DNA of 64,000 bases from Flavobacteriales bacterium (lineage in GTDB: Bacteria; Bacteroidota; Bacteroidia; CAIKAF01), in NCBI GenBank assembly GCA_025055635.1, contig JANWWQ010000001.1, positions 61,768 through 125,767 of the forward strand. Reading direction: 5' to 3'. This document shows positions 1 to 11,862 of the stretch, in pieces. A model generated the notes under the pieces. It did not search any database. It saw only the letters and a program-made list of their open reading frames with translations, and was not told the origin of the DNA. Both the position numbers and the translations under genes were made by a program. Within the stretch, counting starts at the first letter, position 1. Each line of letters opens with the position of its first letter.

Positions 1-2527
1 TAAAGGGATTCCACTATTTCATCGTTTTTCTTTAGGGCAGTCATCTGAAGCCCGCGGAGCGTGCCACAGTCTTCCTCTGTGATGATGACGTCTTGGGCTA
101 CATCCACCAGGCGGCGGGTAAGATAACCGGCATCGGCGGTTTTGAGGGCAGTATCGGCTAAGCCTTTGCGCGCACCGTGCGTGGAGATGAAGTATTCCAG
201 GATGGAGAGTCCTTCTTTAAAGTTGGAGAGGATGGGATTTTCAATGATTTCATTACCCACATCACCTGATTTTTGAGGCTTTGCCATAAGGCCCCGCATG
301 CCGCAGAGTTGACGAATTTGTTCCTTTGAGCCTCGGGCTCCTGAGTCCAGCATCATGAAAACAGGATTAAATCCCTGCTTGTCTTCGCTGATGCGTTTCA
401 TCAGTATTTGGGTGAGGCGGGTGTTGGTATGGGTCCAGATGTCAATTATCTGGTTATAGCGCTCGTTATTGGTGATAAACCCATTGGCATAGTTGGCCCA
501 CACTTCTTGGACCTGTTCCATGGCCTCGGCAATGAGATGATTTTTTTCCTCCGGCACAATCACGTCTTCCAAATTGAAAGAAAGGCCGCCTTTAAAAGCT
601 TGGTAGAAGCCTAGGTCTTTGATGTCGTCCAGAAATTTTGCGGTGCTCACGATATCGGTTTTTTTGTAAATGTCTCCGATTATGTCGCGCAATGATTTTT
701 TCGTGAGCAATTGGTTAATGAAACCATATCCTTTGGGTGTCACTTGGTTAAATATCACGCGGCCCACGGTGGTTTCAATCATTTTATTTTCCAGGGTTCC
801 ATCTTCGTTGCGCACATCCACCTTCACATAGATGTAGGCATGAAGATCCACTTTACCTTCATTATAGGCGATGATGACTTCTTCTGGTCCGTAAAATTTC
901 ATGCCTTCCCCACGGACCGGATTATCTTTGGTTGACCGGCGACCTTTAGTGAGATAATACAGGCCCAACACCATGTCCTGGGAAGGAATAGTGATGGGGG
1001 ATCCGTTGGCTGGGTTCAGGATATTGTGGGAGGCCAGCATTAATATTTGAGCTTCCAAGATGGCAGCGTTGCTAAGCGGCACATGTACAGCCATCTGGTC
1101 GCCGTCAAAGTCGGCATTAAAGGCAGTGCACACCAAGGGATGGAGTTGGATGGCTTTACCTTCCACTAACTTAGGTTGAAAGGCCTGGATACCGAGGCGA
1201 TGGAGTGTTGGAGCGCGGTTCAGCAGCACAGGATGGCCTTTGAGCACGTTTTCAAGTATTTCCCATATAACGGGTTCTTTGCGCTCTATGAGTTTTTTGG
1301 CCGACTTGACAGTTTTCACGAGCCCTCTTTGTATGAGCTTTCGGATAATGAAAGGCTTGAAGAGCTCGGCAGCCATGTCTTTAGGCAAACCACATTCGTG
1401 CAGCTTGAGTTCGGGGCCCACAACAATTACTGACCGTCCTGAGTAGTCTACTCGTTTACCTAGGAGGTTTTGGCGGAAACGGCCCTGTTTGCCTTTCAGG
1501 CTGTCTGAAAGGGACTTGAGAGGTCTATTGGCCTCAGTTTTGATAGCACTGGATTTGCGGGAATTATCCAGGAGGGAGTCCACAGCTTCCTGAAGCATGC
1601 GCTTTTCGTTCCGCAGGATCACATCTGGGGCCTTTATTTCTATTAAGCGCTTAAGACGATTATTGCGGATGATCACCCTCCGATAAAGGTCATTCAGATC
1701 TGATGTTGCAAAGCGGCCACCATCCAGCGGTACCAACGGCCGCAATTCCGGAGGAATTACGGGCAGCACTTTCAATACCATCCACTCCGGTCGGTTTTTT
1801 ATGCGGGTATTGGCCTCCCGGAAGGCTTCCACAACTTGCAGGCGTTTTAAAATTTCGGACTTCCGTTGTTGGGAAGTCTCTTTACTAGCCTGGTCTCTTA
1901 ACTCATAAGAGAGTAAGTCCAAGTCCAGACGGCGAAGCAATTCGTATAGCGCCTCGCCCCCCATCTTGGCAATAAATTTTTTGGGATCGTTGTCGTCCAG
2001 AAAAGCATTTTCTTTCGGCAATTGGTCTAGAATTTCCAGATACTCTTCCTCAGTCAGAAATTGCATTTTTTCCACCTTGCCCTCCATCACGCCGGGCTGG
2101 ATTACTACGTACCGTTCGTAGTAAATAATAGCCTCTAATTTTTTGGTGGGAAGCCCCAGGAGCATCCCAATTTTATTCGGTACAGATCGGAAATACCAGA
2201 TGTGGGCCACGGGCACAGTCAGGTTGATATGCCCGCACCGTTCCCGGCGCACTTTTTTCTCGGTCACTTCCACGCCACAGCGGTCGCAGGTTATGTTTTT
2301 ATACCGAATTCCTTTATACTTCCCGCAGCCGCACTGATAGTCCTTAGTGGGGCCGAAAATCCGTTCACAGAACAGCCCGTCGCGTTCGGGCTTGTAGGAG
2401 CGATAATTGATGGTCTCCGGTTTAAGCACCTCTCCGTTGGAGCGGTCTAGGATATCTTCCGGAGAGGCCAGCGAAATGGTGATTTGGCTGAATTCTGTTT
2501 CGCTTTTTGGTTCGGTTTTCAGAGCCA
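1..2527 (-). CDS. rpoC: DNA-directed RNA polymerase subunit beta' (N-terminal ~840 codons; 3' end runs off the window start)
   Basis: The reverse-strand ATG at 2527 gives [26 protein letters not shown]...[25 protein letters not shown], the canonical beta' N-terminus with the Zn-finger CxxC...CxxC. It is continuous to position 1 without a stop. It lies immediately downstream of rpoB, as in the conserved rpoBC operon. Confidence 0.93.
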
Positions 2528-2557
2528 TGTGAGTATAGGGTTTTTTAGAGTTTTTGA

Positions 2558-5500
2558 TTATTCCAGTGTTACTTTTAGTCCAAGACCCCGGAGTTCGTGC
2601 AGGAGCACATTGAATGATTCCGGGATACCTGGGGGTGGAATGGGGTCACCTTTCACGATGGCTTCATAGGTACGGGCCCTTCCGACCACGTCATCGCTTT
2701 TGACTGTGAGCAGTTCTTGTAGGATGTGGGCAGCCCCAAAAGCTTCAATGGCCCACACCTCCATTTCTCCGAAACGCTGCCCACCGAATTGGGCCTTACC
2801 TCCCAGGGGTTGCTGGGTGATCAGGGAGTAAGGGCCTATGGAACGGGCGTGCATTTTGTCGTCTACCATGTGGTGCAACTTCATCATATAGATGACCCCC
2901 ACGGTGGCCGGTTGGTCAAATCGCTCACCCGTACAACCATCGTAAAGATACGTTTGACCCAATTCAGGCAATCCCGCTTTTCGCATCCATTCTTTAATAT
3001 CCTCCAAGGTGGCTCCGTCAAATATGGGAGAAGAGAATTTTACCCCCAGTTTTTGACCCGCCCAGCCTAGGATGGATTCGTAGATTTGGCCGAGGTTCAT
3101 GCGGGAAGGTACACCCAGAGGATTTAACACGATATCCACCGGGGTACCGTCTTCCATAAATGGCATGTCCTCCTGACGGACAATTTTTGCCACAATACCC
3201 TTGTTTCCGTGACGGCCAGCCAGTTTGTCACCCACTTTAAGCTTACGCTTTTGAGCTATATATACTTTGGCCAGCTGCACGATACCCGGTGGCAATTCAT
3301 CCCCCACCGTTATGTTATAACGCTTGCGCTTAAGGACTCCATAGAGGTCATTGTATTTTATCGTGTAATTGTGGAGGAGATACTTAATTTTTTCATTGAT
3401 TTGGGGATCTTTTGTCCAGTCGGTGGGTATGAGATTTATGAAATTTAATTTTTCAAGGACCTTTCGGGAGAACTTGGTGCCTTTCTTGACCACTTCTTCC
3501 CGAAGATGCGTGTACACCCCGTTGCTTACCTGACCTTCTAAAATCGTAGTGAGCTTTTCCACCATTTTGGCTTTCAGGTCACCGAAGAGTTTGTCATACT
3601 CAGCTTCTAGTGCTTTGAGCTGCTTTTCCTCTTCGGCTTTAGCCTTTTTGTCCTTTACACTACGAGAAAACAGCTTTTTATCAATTACTACTCCGTAAGC
3701 AGAGGGTGAGGCTTTCAGGGAAGCATCTTTGACATCACCGGCTTTGTCACCAAAGATCGCGCGCAGGAGCTTTTCCTCTGGGGTGGGATCTGATTCTCCT
3801 TTGGGGGTGATTTTACCAATAAGAATGTCGCCGGGCTTCACTTCAGCACCCACCCGGATGATGCCGTTTTCATCCAGATCTTTGGTGGCCTCTTCACTGA
3901 CGTTAGGGATGTCCGCAGTGAGCTCTTCCACACCTAGTTTGGTATCACGGACTTCCATGACCTGTTCATCAATGTGGATAGAAGTGAAGAGGTCTTCACT
4001 GACCACTCTTTCGCTGATTACGATCGCGTCCTCAAAGTTGTAACCTTTCCAGGGCATGAAAGCCACTTTCAGGTTGCGGCCCAGAGCCAGCTCACCATCT
4101 TTAGTAGCGTAACCTTCACAGAGGACATCTCCCTTTTTCACTTTCTGCCCTTTCTTTACGATGGGCCTCAGGTTGATGCAAGTGCCTTGGTTGGTACGGC
4201 GGAATTTGGGAAGTTGATAGGTTTTGACATCTTCGTCGAAGCTCACTAATTTTTCATCTTCCGTCCGATTGTAGCGGATACGAATGGTGGTGGAGTCCAC
4301 GTATTCCACAACTCCGTCGTACTCAGCGTTGATGAGCATTCGTGAATCGCGGGCCACCCGTTCTTCCAAACCTGTACCTACGATGGGCGCTTCAGGAATG
4401 ATTAGGGGCACCGCTTGGCGCATCATGTTGCAACCCATCAGGGCACGGTTAGCGTCGTCGTGTTCTAGGAAAGGTATAAGCGAAGCGGCAATAGATGCGA
4501 TTTGGTTGCAACCGACGTCAATGAGCTCCGCTTCCGTGGGATCTATTTCGGGATAGTCAGCTTCTTTACGGGCCTTAACCTTAGGATTTAGAATCTTTCC
4601 ATCCTTATCAAACTGGACGTTGGCCTGGGCAATGACCTTATTTTCTTCTTCTTCGGCGCTGAGGTAAACCAGATCCCCCTCAAGGTCAATTTTGCCATTA
4701 ATTACCCGGCGGTACGGGGTTTCTATAAAACCTAGGCTATTGATTTTGGCGTACACGCACAGGGAAGATATGAGCCCGATGTTGGGTCCTTCAGGAGTTT
4801 CAATGGTACAAAGGCGTCCGTAATGGGTGTAGTGCACATCGCGCACCTCAAAACCCGCCCGATCTCTAGAAAGCCCGCCTGGTCCAAGGGCCGAAAGACG
4901 ACGTTTGTGAGTGATTTCCGAGAGTGGGTTCGTTTGATCCATGAACTGGGACAGTTGGTTAGTCCCGAAGAAGGAATTGATTACGGAAGAGAGCGTTTTT
5001 GCATTAATGAGATCTATTGGGGTGAACACCTCATTGTCGCGCACATTCATACGTTCCCTGATGGTGCGTGCCATTCGGGCGAGCCCCACTCCAAACTGGT
5101 TGTACAATTGTTCGCCCACGGTGCGGACGCGGCGGTTACTCAGGTGATCAATGTCGTCCACCGTGGCTTTATTGTTAATGAGCTGGATCAGATATTTAAT
5201 AATGGCGATAATGTCCTCTTTGGTGAGCACACGCACATTCATCGGAATGTCCAGCTGCAGCTTTTTATTGATCCGGTAGCGGCCTACTTCTCCTAAATCA
5301 TAGCGCTTATCGGAGAAGAAAAGCTTTTCCAAAACACCACGGGCGGTCTCCTCATCCGGAGGTTCAGCGTTCCTCAGCACGCGGTATATGTATTCTAGGG
5401 CTTCCAATTCAGAGTTGGTAGTATCTTTCTGAAGAGTATTAAAGATGATTTCATAGTCAGAGGCCTGCGTGTCTTCTTTCCGGAGTACTATAGTTTTAAC

Positions 5501-6400
5501 ACCCGATTCTAAAATAATATCAATGTGTTCTTTTTCAAGGATTATGTCCCTTTCCAGCACCACTTCGTTCCGACGCACAGATACCACCTCCCCTGTAGCC
5601 TCGTCTGAGAAGTCTTCCTGCCAGGTCCTAAGAATGCGAGCGGCCAGTTTACGACCTATGGCTTGCTTCAAATTGGCTTTTGTAACCTTTATCTCATCGG
5701 CCACTCCGAAGATTTCCAAAATATCTTTATCAGTTTCGTACCCGATTGCCCTCAACAAGGTGGTGACAGGAAGTTTCTTTTTCCGGTCAATGTATGCATA
5801 CATCACATTGTTGGTGTCGGTGGCAAATTCAATCCAGGAACCTTTGAAGGGAATGACCCGGGCCGAATACAATTTGGTACCATTGGCATGGCGGCTCTGC
5901 CCGAAAAACACTCCAGGGGAGCGGTGGATCTGACTCACCACCACGCGTTCGGCACCGTTGATGATGAATGTGCCTTTAGGCGTCATGTAAGGTATGGTGC
6001 CCAGATAGACGTCTTGAACAATGGTCTCAAAGTCCACATGTTCAGGATCCGTGCAATAGAGTTTTAGCTTGGCCTTGAGGGGCACGCTGTATGTAAGCCC
6101 CCGCTCAATACATTCCTCTATGCTATAGCGCGGGGGATCCACATAATAATCCAAAAATTCCAGAACAAATTGATTGCGCGCGTCTGTAATAGGAAAATTC
6201 TCGGCAAACACGGCATACAACCCTTCTTTTTTGCGGTTGTCTGGGGTAGTTTCCAACTGAAAAAAGTCCCGGAACGATTTTAACTGCACCTCCAAAAAAT
6301 CGGGATAATCTGCCGTGTTTACGGAGCGTGCAAACGAGATCCGTTGCTGGCTTTTAGGTTTTGTGCTCAAGGTATTCTTATTTTTTGGGTTGTTAATCAT
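2558..6400 (-). CDS. rpoB: DNA-directed RNA polymerase subunit beta
   Basis: This 1280-aa ORF carries hallmark beta-subunit motifs (e.g. [39 protein letters not shown] and, toward the C-terminus, ...NKGIVAKI). Confidence 0.97.
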   Translation of the reverse strand: MINNPKNKNTLSTKPKSQQRISFARSVNTADYPDFLEVQLKSFRDFFQLETTPDNRKKEGLYAVFAENFPITDARNQFVLEFLDYYVDPPRYSIEECIERGLTYSVPLKAKLKLYCTDPEHVDFETIVQDVYLGTIPYMTPKGTFIINGAERVVVSQIHRSPGVFFGQSRHANGTKLYSARVIPFKGSWIEFATDTNNVMYAYIDRKKKLPVTTLLRAIGYETDKDILEIFGVADEIKVTKANLKQAIGRKLAARILRTWQEDFSDEATGEVVSVRRNEVVLERDIILEKEHIDIILESGVKTIVLRKEDTQASDYEIIFNTLQKDTTNSELEALEYIYRVLRNAEPPDEETARGVLEKLFFSDKRYDLGEVGRYRINKKLQLDIPMNVRVLTKEDIIAIIKYLIQLINNKATVDDIDHLSNRRVRTVGEQLYNQFGVGLARMARTIRERMNVRDNEVFTPIDLINAKTLSSVINSFFGTNQLSQFMDQTNPLSEITHKRRLSALGPGGLSRDRAGFEVRDVHYTHYGRLCTIETPEGPNIGLISSLCVYAKINSLGFIETPYRRVINGKIDLEGDLVYLSAEEEENKVIAQANVQFDKDGKILNPKVKARKEADYPEIDPTEAELIDVGCNQIASIAASLIPFLEHDDANRALMGCNMMRQAVPLIIPEAPIVGTGLEERVARDSRMLINAEYDGVVEYVDSTTIRIRYNRTEDEKLVSFDEDVKTYQLPKFRRTNQGTCINLRPIVKKGQKVKKGDVLCEGYATKDGELALGRNLKVAFMPWKGYNFEDAIVISERVVSEDLFTSIHIDEQVMEVRDTKLGVEELTADIPNVSEEATKDLDENGIIRVGAEVKPGDILIGKITPKGESDPTPEEKLLRAIFGDKAGDVKDASLKASPSAYGVVIDKKLFSRSVKDKKAKAEEEKQLKALEAEYDKLFGDLKAKMVEKLTTILEGQVSNGVYTHLREEVVKKGTKFSRKVLEKLNFINLIPTDWTKDPQINEKIKYLLHNYTIKYNDLYGVLKRKRYNITVGDELPPGIVQLAKVYIAQKRKLKVGDKLAGRHGNKGIVAKIVRQEDMPFMEDGTPVDIVLNPLGVPSRMNLGQIYESILGWAGQKLGVKFSSPIFDGATLEDIKEWMRKAGLPELGQTYLYDGCTGERFDQPATVGVIYMMKLHHMVDDKMHARSIGPYSLITQQPLGGKAQFGGQRFGEMEVWAIEAFGAAHILQELLTVKSDDVVGRARTYEAIVKGDPIPPPGIPESFNVLLHELRGLGLKVTLE

Positions 6401-6425
6401 ATAATGAACAGGTCACAAATGGCTT

Positions 6426-6457
6426 AAGGCTTGCGCCCGAGAAAGGGGCGAAGCCTT
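6426..6457 (-). promoter_or_regulatory. Stem-loop (12 bp with one bulge, 7-nt loop) in the rplL–rpoB intergenic region; possible attenuator/processing site
   Basis: aaggcttgcgccc gagaaag gggcgaagcctt. The position corresponds to the known partial terminator / RNase III site between rplL and rpoB in other bacteria. No U-tract follows. Confidence 0.3.
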
Positions 6458-6479
6458 TCAGCCCAATGGGTGCGGGGCC

Positions 6480-6866
6480 TTACTTAATTTCAACCTCTGC
6501 GCCGGCTTCCTCCAACTGTTTTTTAATGGATTCGGCTTCCTCTTTGGAAACCCCTTCCTTTACAGTTTTCGGAGCGTTGTCCACCAATTCTTTGGCCTCT
6601 TTAAGTCCCAGGCCGGTGATTTCTTTAATGAGTTTCACCACGCCCAGCTTAGCCTGGCCTCCGAATTTGAGTATCACATCAAAGGTGGACTTTTCGGGAG
6701 CCCCTCCACCTTCGCCGCCGGCTCCCCCAGCTGCCGGAGCAGCTACGGCTACGGCGGCAGCGGCGGGTTCAATACCATACTCAGACTTAAGGATGTTGGC
6801 CAGTTCCTGTACCTCTTTCACGGTGAGGCCTACCAGTTGTTCTGCGAGAGCTTTTACGTCTGCCAT
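6480..6866 (-). CDS. rplL: 50S ribosomal protein L7/L12
   Basis: [34 protein letters not shown], an Ala/Gly-rich hinge, and a C-terminal ...[41 protein letters not shown]. Confidence 0.95.
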   Translation of the reverse strand: MADVKALAEQLVGLTVKEVQELANILKSEYGIEPAAAAVAVAAPAAGGAGGEGGGAPEKSTFDVILKFGGQAKLGVVKLIKEITGLGLKEAKELVDNAPKTVKEGVSKEEAESIKKQLEEAGAEVEIK

Positions 6867-6910
6867 AGTTGTGGGTATTTGATTTGTGTGGTTGAACTAT
6901 AAAGGGTTAA

Positions 6911-7438
6911 TTAAGATTTTTTTTCCTCCAAGCTTTTTAGCAATGCAGCAATTTTCTGAGGTCCCTGGAATTGAAGAGCGGAAAGCACATTACGGAGGGG
7001 GCTTTGCAGAAGACCTATAACCTCTCCAATGAGTTCTTCACGGGACTTCAGTTTTTCCAGTATATCCAGGTTATGTTCACCCAGATACACCGATTCAGAA
7101 ATATAGGCACTTTTGAGTACGAAATGGGGCGTTACTTTTTTAAATTCCTTAATCAGCCGGGCTGGTGCATTAGCTGTTTCTGAAACAAGAATGGCAGTGG
7201 TGGCTCCTTTGAGGGTGTCGTACATCCCGTCAAAGTTTTTGCCACTTTTCTCCATGGCCTTTTTCAGCAAGGTCTTTTTAACCACGCGCATGCGCACTTG
7301 GCGCTCAAAACACAATTTGCGCAACTTCACCGCATATTGAGCTGTCATTCCGGTCGAATCGGCCAGATAAATATTATTGTGAGTATTAAGCAATTCCGTC
7401 AATTCGTCAATGATGACTTTTTTTTCCTCCTTTTTCAC
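6911..7438 (-). CDS. rplJ: 50S ribosomal protein L10
   Basis: 175 aa, placed between rplA and rplL. The composition is L10-like. Confidence 0.85.
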   Translation of the reverse strand: MKKEEKKVIIDELTELLNTHNNIYLADSTGMTAQYAVKLRKLCFERQVRMRVVKKTLLKKAMEKSGKNFDGMYDTLKGATTAILVSETANAPARLIKEFKKVTPHFVLKSAYISESVYLGEHNLDILEKLKSREELIGEVIGLLQSPLRNVLSALQFQGPQKIAALLKSLEEKKS

Positions 7439-7450
7439 GGCTTTAACAGA

Positions 7451-8146
7451 TTAGACGTTTAACGAGTTCACATCCAGCGGAATGCCAGGACTCATGGTGC
7501 TTGAAAGAGTGACACTGCGCAGATAGGTTCCCTTGGCAGAGCTTGGTTTAAGCTTCACAACGGTACCTAAGAATTCCCTGGCATTCTCTACTATTTTATC
7601 TTTTTCAAATGAAATGCGCCCTATGGAAGAGTGGATTATCCCGGCCTTATCTACCTTAAAATCCACTTTTCCACCTTTGGTATCTTCTACGGCCTTGGCT
7701 ACGTCTGTGGTGACAGTGCCTGTTTTAGGATTAGGCATAAGCCCGCGGGGGCCGAGGATGCGCCCTAAAGCTCCTACTTTACCCATGACATTGGGCGTGC
7801 AGATAATTACATCCACATCCGTCCAACCCTGTTTAATTTTTTCAATATATTCATCAAGACCCACATAGTCTGCGCCCGCTTTCCGGGCTTCTTCCTCCTT
7901 ATCGGGGGTACATAATACCAGGACACGAACCGTTTTGCCTACTCCATGCGGAAGCTTCACGGAGCCTCTGACCATTTGGTCTGACTTGCGTGGATCTACG
8001 CCCAACCTGACGCTTAAGTCCACCGACTCGTCAAACCGAGCATAACTGATTTTTTTCAACAGTTCTACGGCTTCCGGAAGAGTGTAAAGCTTTTTGGGCT
8101 GAATTTGCTCCAGGGCTTTTTTCCTTTTTTTACTAATTCTAGGCAT
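7451..8146 (-). CDS. rplA: 50S ribosomal protein L1
   Basis: 231 aa; ...[35 protein letters not shown] is the L1 signature. Confidence 0.93.
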   Translation of the reverse strand: MPRISKKRKKALEQIQPKKLYTLPEAVELLKKISYARFDESVDLSVRLGVDPRKSDQMVRGSVKLPHGVGKTVRVLVLCTPDKEEEARKAGADYVGLDEYIEKIKQGWTDVDVIICTPNVMGKVGALGRILGPRGLMPNPKTGTVTTDVAKAVEDTKGGKVDFKVDKAGIIHSSIGRISFEKDKIVENAREFLGTVVKLKPSSAKGTYLRSVTLSSTMSPGIPLDVNSLNV

Positions 8147-8172
8147 TATCCTTCAGGATTTTTTATTCACCA

Positions 8173-8610
8173 TTAAAAGGGAGGCTGACCTTCAATGACT
8201 ACGCCCATGCTTCGGGCCGTGCCAGCAATCATTTTCATGGCCGATTCCAGCTTGTAACAGTTGAGGTCGGGCATTTTTTCTTCGGCGATCTTACGTACCT
8301 GATCCCAGGTGATGGTGCCCACTTTTTTCCGATTTGGCTCCGAAGAGCCTGATTGGATTTTAGCCGCTTCCTTAATGAGCACCGAAGCCGGCGGGGTTTT
8401 CACCACGAAGTCAAAGGACTTGTCGGCATAAACTGTTATGACAACCGGGCAAATTTTGCCTGCTTTGTCTTGGGTTCTGGCGTTGAACTGTTTGCAGAAT
8501 TCCATGATGTTCACCCCCTTGGCTCCGAGGGCCGGCCCCACAGGGGGAGAGGGGTTGGCAGCTCCTCCCTTGATTTGCAATTTGATTATTGCAGCCACTT
8601 CTTTAGCCAT
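8173..8610 (-). CDS. rplK: 50S ribosomal protein L11
   Basis: 145 aa; [43 protein letters not shown] is the L11 N-terminal signature. Confidence 0.95.
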   Translation of the reverse strand: MAKEVAAIIKLQIKGGAANPSPPVGPALGAKGVNIMEFCKQFNARTQDKAGKICPVVITVYADKSFDFVVKTPPASVLIKEAAKIQSGSSEPNRKKVGTITWDQVRKIAEEKMPDLNCYKLESAMKMIAGTARSMGVVIEGQPPF

Positions 8611-8616
8611 AGGTCA

Positions 8617-9168
8617 TCAAATTTCTTTTGATACTTGCATAAAGCTAAGTTCCAGCGGGGTTTTGCGTCCAAAAATTTTCACGCTCACCTTAAGTTTCTT
8701 TTTTTCTTCATTGATCTCTTCAATGACGGCTGTTAGATTGTTAAATGGCCCGTCGATAACCTTTACGGTTTCTCCTACGTAAAAGGGAATCACCATTTCT
8801 TCCTTTCCCATCAGTTCTTCGTCCACTTTACCGAGAATCCTGTTAAGCTCTTGGGGCCGCATCGGAAGAGGGGGGCCGCCCTTTTCAGCCCCCAGGAAAT
8901 TGAGTACACCCGGAGTGTTCTTAATCACATGGGGCAATTCCCCGGACAGATCAGCTTCAATAAGAATGTAACCCGGATAAATGGGCTTCTCTTTGCTGAT
9001 CTTTTTACCTTCTCTGAGTTGCACCACTTTTTCGGTAGGCACAAACACTTGACCCACCTGGTTTTCAAGGTGGTTGCGCCGGATTTCCAGCAGGATCTGA
9101 TCGCGCACTTTTTTTTCCTGACCGCTAATGGCTCTTACCACATACCACTTTTTTTGAGCCGTTTCCAT
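8617..9168 (-). CDS. nusG: Transcription termination/antitermination factor NusG
   Basis: 183 aa; a [18 protein letters not shown] domain and a C-terminal KOW ([21 protein letters not shown]). It sits at the expected secE-nusG-rplK position. Confidence 0.92.
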   Translation of the reverse strand: METAQKKWYVVRAISGQEKKVRDQILLEIRRNHLENQVGQVFVPTEKVVQLREGKKISKEKPIYPGYILIEADLSGELPHVIKNTPGVLNFLGAEKGGPPLPMRPQELNRILGKVDEELMGKEEMVIPFYVGETVKVIDGPFNNLTAVIEEINEEKKKLKVSVKIFGRKTPLELSFMQVSKEI

Positions 9169-9192
9169 TCCCAGAGCCAGTTAGAATAAATT

Positions 9193-9387
9193 TTAGAATA
9201 AATTGTTGTAAATTAATTCCATAATATTTTTAAAGGCCGAGTCCATCAGAAAAATGATGATGGCTATCAGTAAAGAAGCCACCAGCACAATGATGGCGCT
9301 GTTCTGAAGCTCCTTGTATGGCGGCCACGACACCTTATGCATCAGCTCGTTGTAGCTTTCGCTGATGTAGGTTCTTATTTGTTTCAT
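9193..9387 (-). CDS. secE: Preprotein translocase subunit SecE
   Basis: 64 aa with a single C-terminal TM helix, located between tRNA-Trp and nusG as in the conserved operon. Confidence 0.85.
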   Translation of the reverse strand: MKQIRTYISESYNELMHKVSWPPYKELQNSAIIVLVASLLIAIIIFLMDSAFKNIMELIYNNLF

Positions 9388-9416
9388 TTCCCCTTTTAAC
9401 CCTATATTCTAATATG

Positions 9417-9487
9417 CACGGGCGGAGAGATTCGAACTCCCATCAACGGTTTTGGAGACCGCTATTCTACCCTTGAACTACGCCCGT
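9417..9487 (-). tRNA. tRNA-Trp (anticodon CCA)
   Basis: The reverse complement reads ...GGTCTCCAAAACC... (a CCA anticodon in a 7-nt loop) with a T-arm GGGAGTTCGAATCTCTC. The ACGGGCG/CGCCCGT acceptor stem pairs. It sits at the canonical position between tuf and secE. Confidence 0.85.
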
Positions 9488-9509
9488 AGCCTTTTATCTA
9501 AAATTCTAT

Positions 9510-10697
9510 CTACTTAATGATTTCGGTTACTTGCCCGGCTCCCACGGTGCGACCGCCTTCCCGGATGGCGAAGCGCAGGCCTTTATCCATGGCTACCGGA
9601 GCAATTAATTTGACATTAATGGTGACATTATCGCCTGGCATCACCATCTCGCGACCTTCTGGTAATTGGATTTCACCGGTCACATCAGTGGTACGGAAGT
9701 AAAACTGGGGACGGTACTTATTGTGAAAAGGTGTGTGGCGACCACCTTCTTCCTTTTTCAGAATATACACTTCGGCTTTGAACTCTGTGTGAGGGGTGAT
9801 GGTACCAGGCTTGGCGATCACCATGCCCCGCCGAATGTCCTTTTTATCAATGCCGCGCAGCAGCAGGCCAACGTTGTCTCCAGCTTCCCCCTTATCCAGA
9901 ACTTTGCGGAACATTTCAACCCCCGTAACCGTGCTTTTCAGTTTTTCTTCCTGCATACCTACGATTTCTACTTCATCGCCTACCGCTACGACACCCGTTT
10001 CAATCCTTCCCGTAGCTACTGTACCACGGCCCGTAATGGAAAATACGTCTTCCACAGGCATGAGGAAAGGCTTATCAATGTCGCGCGGGGGAACCGGAAT
10101 ATAATTATCCACAGCATCCATTAATTCCAAAATTTTAGCTTCCCATTTGGGATCGCCATTGAGCGCACCAAGGGCAGAGCCACGAATTATGGGAGTGTTT
10201 TCGCCATCATATTCATAAAAAGTAAGCAGGTCGCGAATGTCCATCTCCACCAGATCCAGAATTTCTGGATCGTCTACCATGTCCACCTTGTTCATGAACA
10301 CTACGATTTTGGGTACACCTACCTGGCGGGCCAGCAGAATGTGTTCGCGGGTTTGGGGCATGGGCCCGTCGGTGGCCGCCACTACCAGGATAGCGCCATC
10401 CATCTGGGCTGCACCTGTCACCATGTTTTTCACGTAGTCGGCATGGCCAGGGCAGTCCACGTGGGCGTAATGCCTCTTTTCAGTTTCATACTCCACGTGG
10501 GAAGTGTTAATTGTGATACCACGTTCTCTTTCCTCCGGAGCATTGTCAATAGAGTCAAAAGAACGTTCCTGGGCCAGACCTTTTTTGGCCAACACCTTTG
10601 TTATGGCCGCAGTCAGGGTGGTTTTACCGTGGTCCACGTGGCCAATGGTCCCCACATTAACATGGGGCTTCGTACGTTCAAACTTCTCTTTTGCCAT
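9510..10697 (-). CDS. tuf: Elongation factor Tu
   Basis: 395 aa; [33 protein letters not shown] with [17 protein letters not shown] and NKVD GTPase motifs. Confidence 0.98.
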   Translation of the reverse strand: MAKEKFERTKPHVNVGTIGHVDHGKTTLTAAITKVLAKKGLAQERSFDSIDNAPEERERGITINTSHVEYETEKRHYAHVDCPGHADYVKNMVTGAAQMDGAILVVAATDGPMPQTREHILLARQVGVPKIVVFMNKVDMVDDPEILDLVEMDIRDLLTFYEYDGENTPIIRGSALGALNGDPKWEAKILELMDAVDNYIPVPPRDIDKPFLMPVEDVFSITGRGTVATGRIETGVVAVGDEVEIVGMQEEKLKSTVTGVEMFRKVLDKGEAGDNVGLLLRGIDKKDIRRGMVIAKPGTITPHTEFKAEVYILKKEEGGRHTPFHNKYRPQFYFRTTDVTGEIQLPEGREMVMPGDNVTINVKLIAPVAMDKGLRFAIREGGRTVGAGQVTEIIK

Positions 10698-10743
10698 GGT
10701 GTAATGTGTGTTTAATGGTAGTTATACAGGTTGTTGTTTTCAG

Positions 10744-10815
<72 letters not shown>

Positions 10816-10856
10816 TAAACAAAAACAAGGACAGGAAAGCCCGCTGTGACCTTGTG

Positions 10857-10929
<73 letters not shown>

Positions 10930-10964
10930 TGGGCTGCCTGTTAAAGGTTTGTATCCCGAAGCGG

Positions 10965-11050
10965 TGGTGGGGAGAACAGGATTCGAACCTGTGAAGGCAT
11001 ACGCCACTTGATTTACAGTCAAGCCCATTTGACCGCTTTGGTATCTCCCC
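10965..11050 (-). tRNA. tRNA-Tyr (anticodon GTA), long variable arm, CCA encoded
   Basis: The reverse complement is GGGGAGATACCAAAGCGGTCAAATGGGCTTGACTGTAAATCAAGTGGCGTATGCCTTCACAGGTTCGAATCCTGTTCTCCCCACCA with anticodon loop ACTGTAAAT. Confidence 0.88.
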
Positions 11051-11067
11051 GCTTTTCAAAGAACAGG

Positions 11068-11140
11068 AGCCGACGAAGGGACTCGAACCCCCGACCTGCT
11101 GATTACAAGTCAGCTGCTCTACCAGCTGAGCTACATCGGC
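11068..11140 (-). tRNA. tRNA-Thr (anticodon TGT)
   Basis: The reverse complement is GCCGATGTAGCTCAGCTGGTAGAGCAGCTGACTTGTAATCAGCAGGTCGGGGGTTCGAGTCCCTTCGTCGGCT with anticodon loop ACTTGTAAT. Confidence 0.88.
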
Positions 11141-11298
11141 CATAACGTTTCTCAACCCTCCTTAAAAACGGGGTGCAAATGTACAAAAAATTTCAATTCC
11201 AACTTTATTAACCAGGAATTTTTGAAACTTTTTGTTTTAAGGAACATACAAATATAAAATGCCTAATTTAAATTAGATGGCGTTAATATTTTGTTATT

Positions 11299-11862
11299 GT
11301 GTTAAGCAGATATAAACTTACCTCCAAGGGCAAAGTAACTTTGCGGCCGCCTGTTGTGAGCATTTCCCTGGTATTTTCTCTTTATTTGGTGGCCTGCAGC
11401 ACAGCCGAAAAGGCCATAAAAGCAAAAGCTAAGACAGAGTCAGCCGATTTGCGCTATTATTCCGAAAGGCTGGGAGTGGATTTAGACCATCGATCTAACC
11501 TTAAGTTGGCGGCCGCAGTAGTGGACTGGCTGGGCGTACCCCATCACCAAGGGGGCCAGTCAAAAAAGGGTACCGACTGCAGCGGGTTTGCCAACTACAT
11601 TTACCGCACTGTCTATGGTGTTGAAATCCCTCGCTCATCCTCTGAGATATATGAGAGGTGCCAGCCCAAACGTAAGGAACAACTGCAAGAAGGGGATTTC
11701 GTTTTCTTTAAGGTGGGTTCTCGCCACATAAATCATGTGGGCATATATTTGAAAGACGGAAAGTTTGCCCATGCCAGCACCAGCCGGGGTGTCATCGTGA
11801 GCAGTCTGGACGAACCTTATTGGCAGAAATACTGGTTTTCAGGTGGGCGTCTAAGGAATTAA
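11299..11862 (+). CDS. NlpC/P60 (C40) family peptidoglycan endopeptidase, lipoprotein
   Basis: Carries ...HQGGQSKKGTDCSGFANYIYRTVYGV... with the catalytic Cys of the NlpC/P60 family, and a downstream ...HINHVGIYL... with the His. A lipobox-like LVAC sits near the N-terminus. The ORF begins with GTG at 11299, but the true start could be an internal TTG or GTG (11341 or 11356). Confidence 0.8.
   Translation: MLSRYKLTSKGKVTLRPPVVSISLVFSLYLVACSTAEKAIKAKAKTESADLRYYSERLGVDLDHRSNLKLAAAVVDWLGVPHHQGGQSKKGTDCSGFANYIYRTVYGVEIPRSSSEIYERCQPKRKEQLQEGDFVFFKVGSRHINHVGIYLKDGKFAHASTSRGVIVSSLDEPYWQKYWFSGGRLRN

Noticed and set aside
408-2450. Several 60–85-aa + strand ORFs at 0.4–2.5 kb
   Set aside because: They are antisense to the continuous rpoC reading frame and have no independent support.
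6466-6882. 138-aa + strand ORF antisense to rplL with an Ala/Pro-rich product
   Set aside because: It is the mirror of the Ala/Gly-rich L7/L12 hinge codons. rplL on the minus strand is unambiguous.
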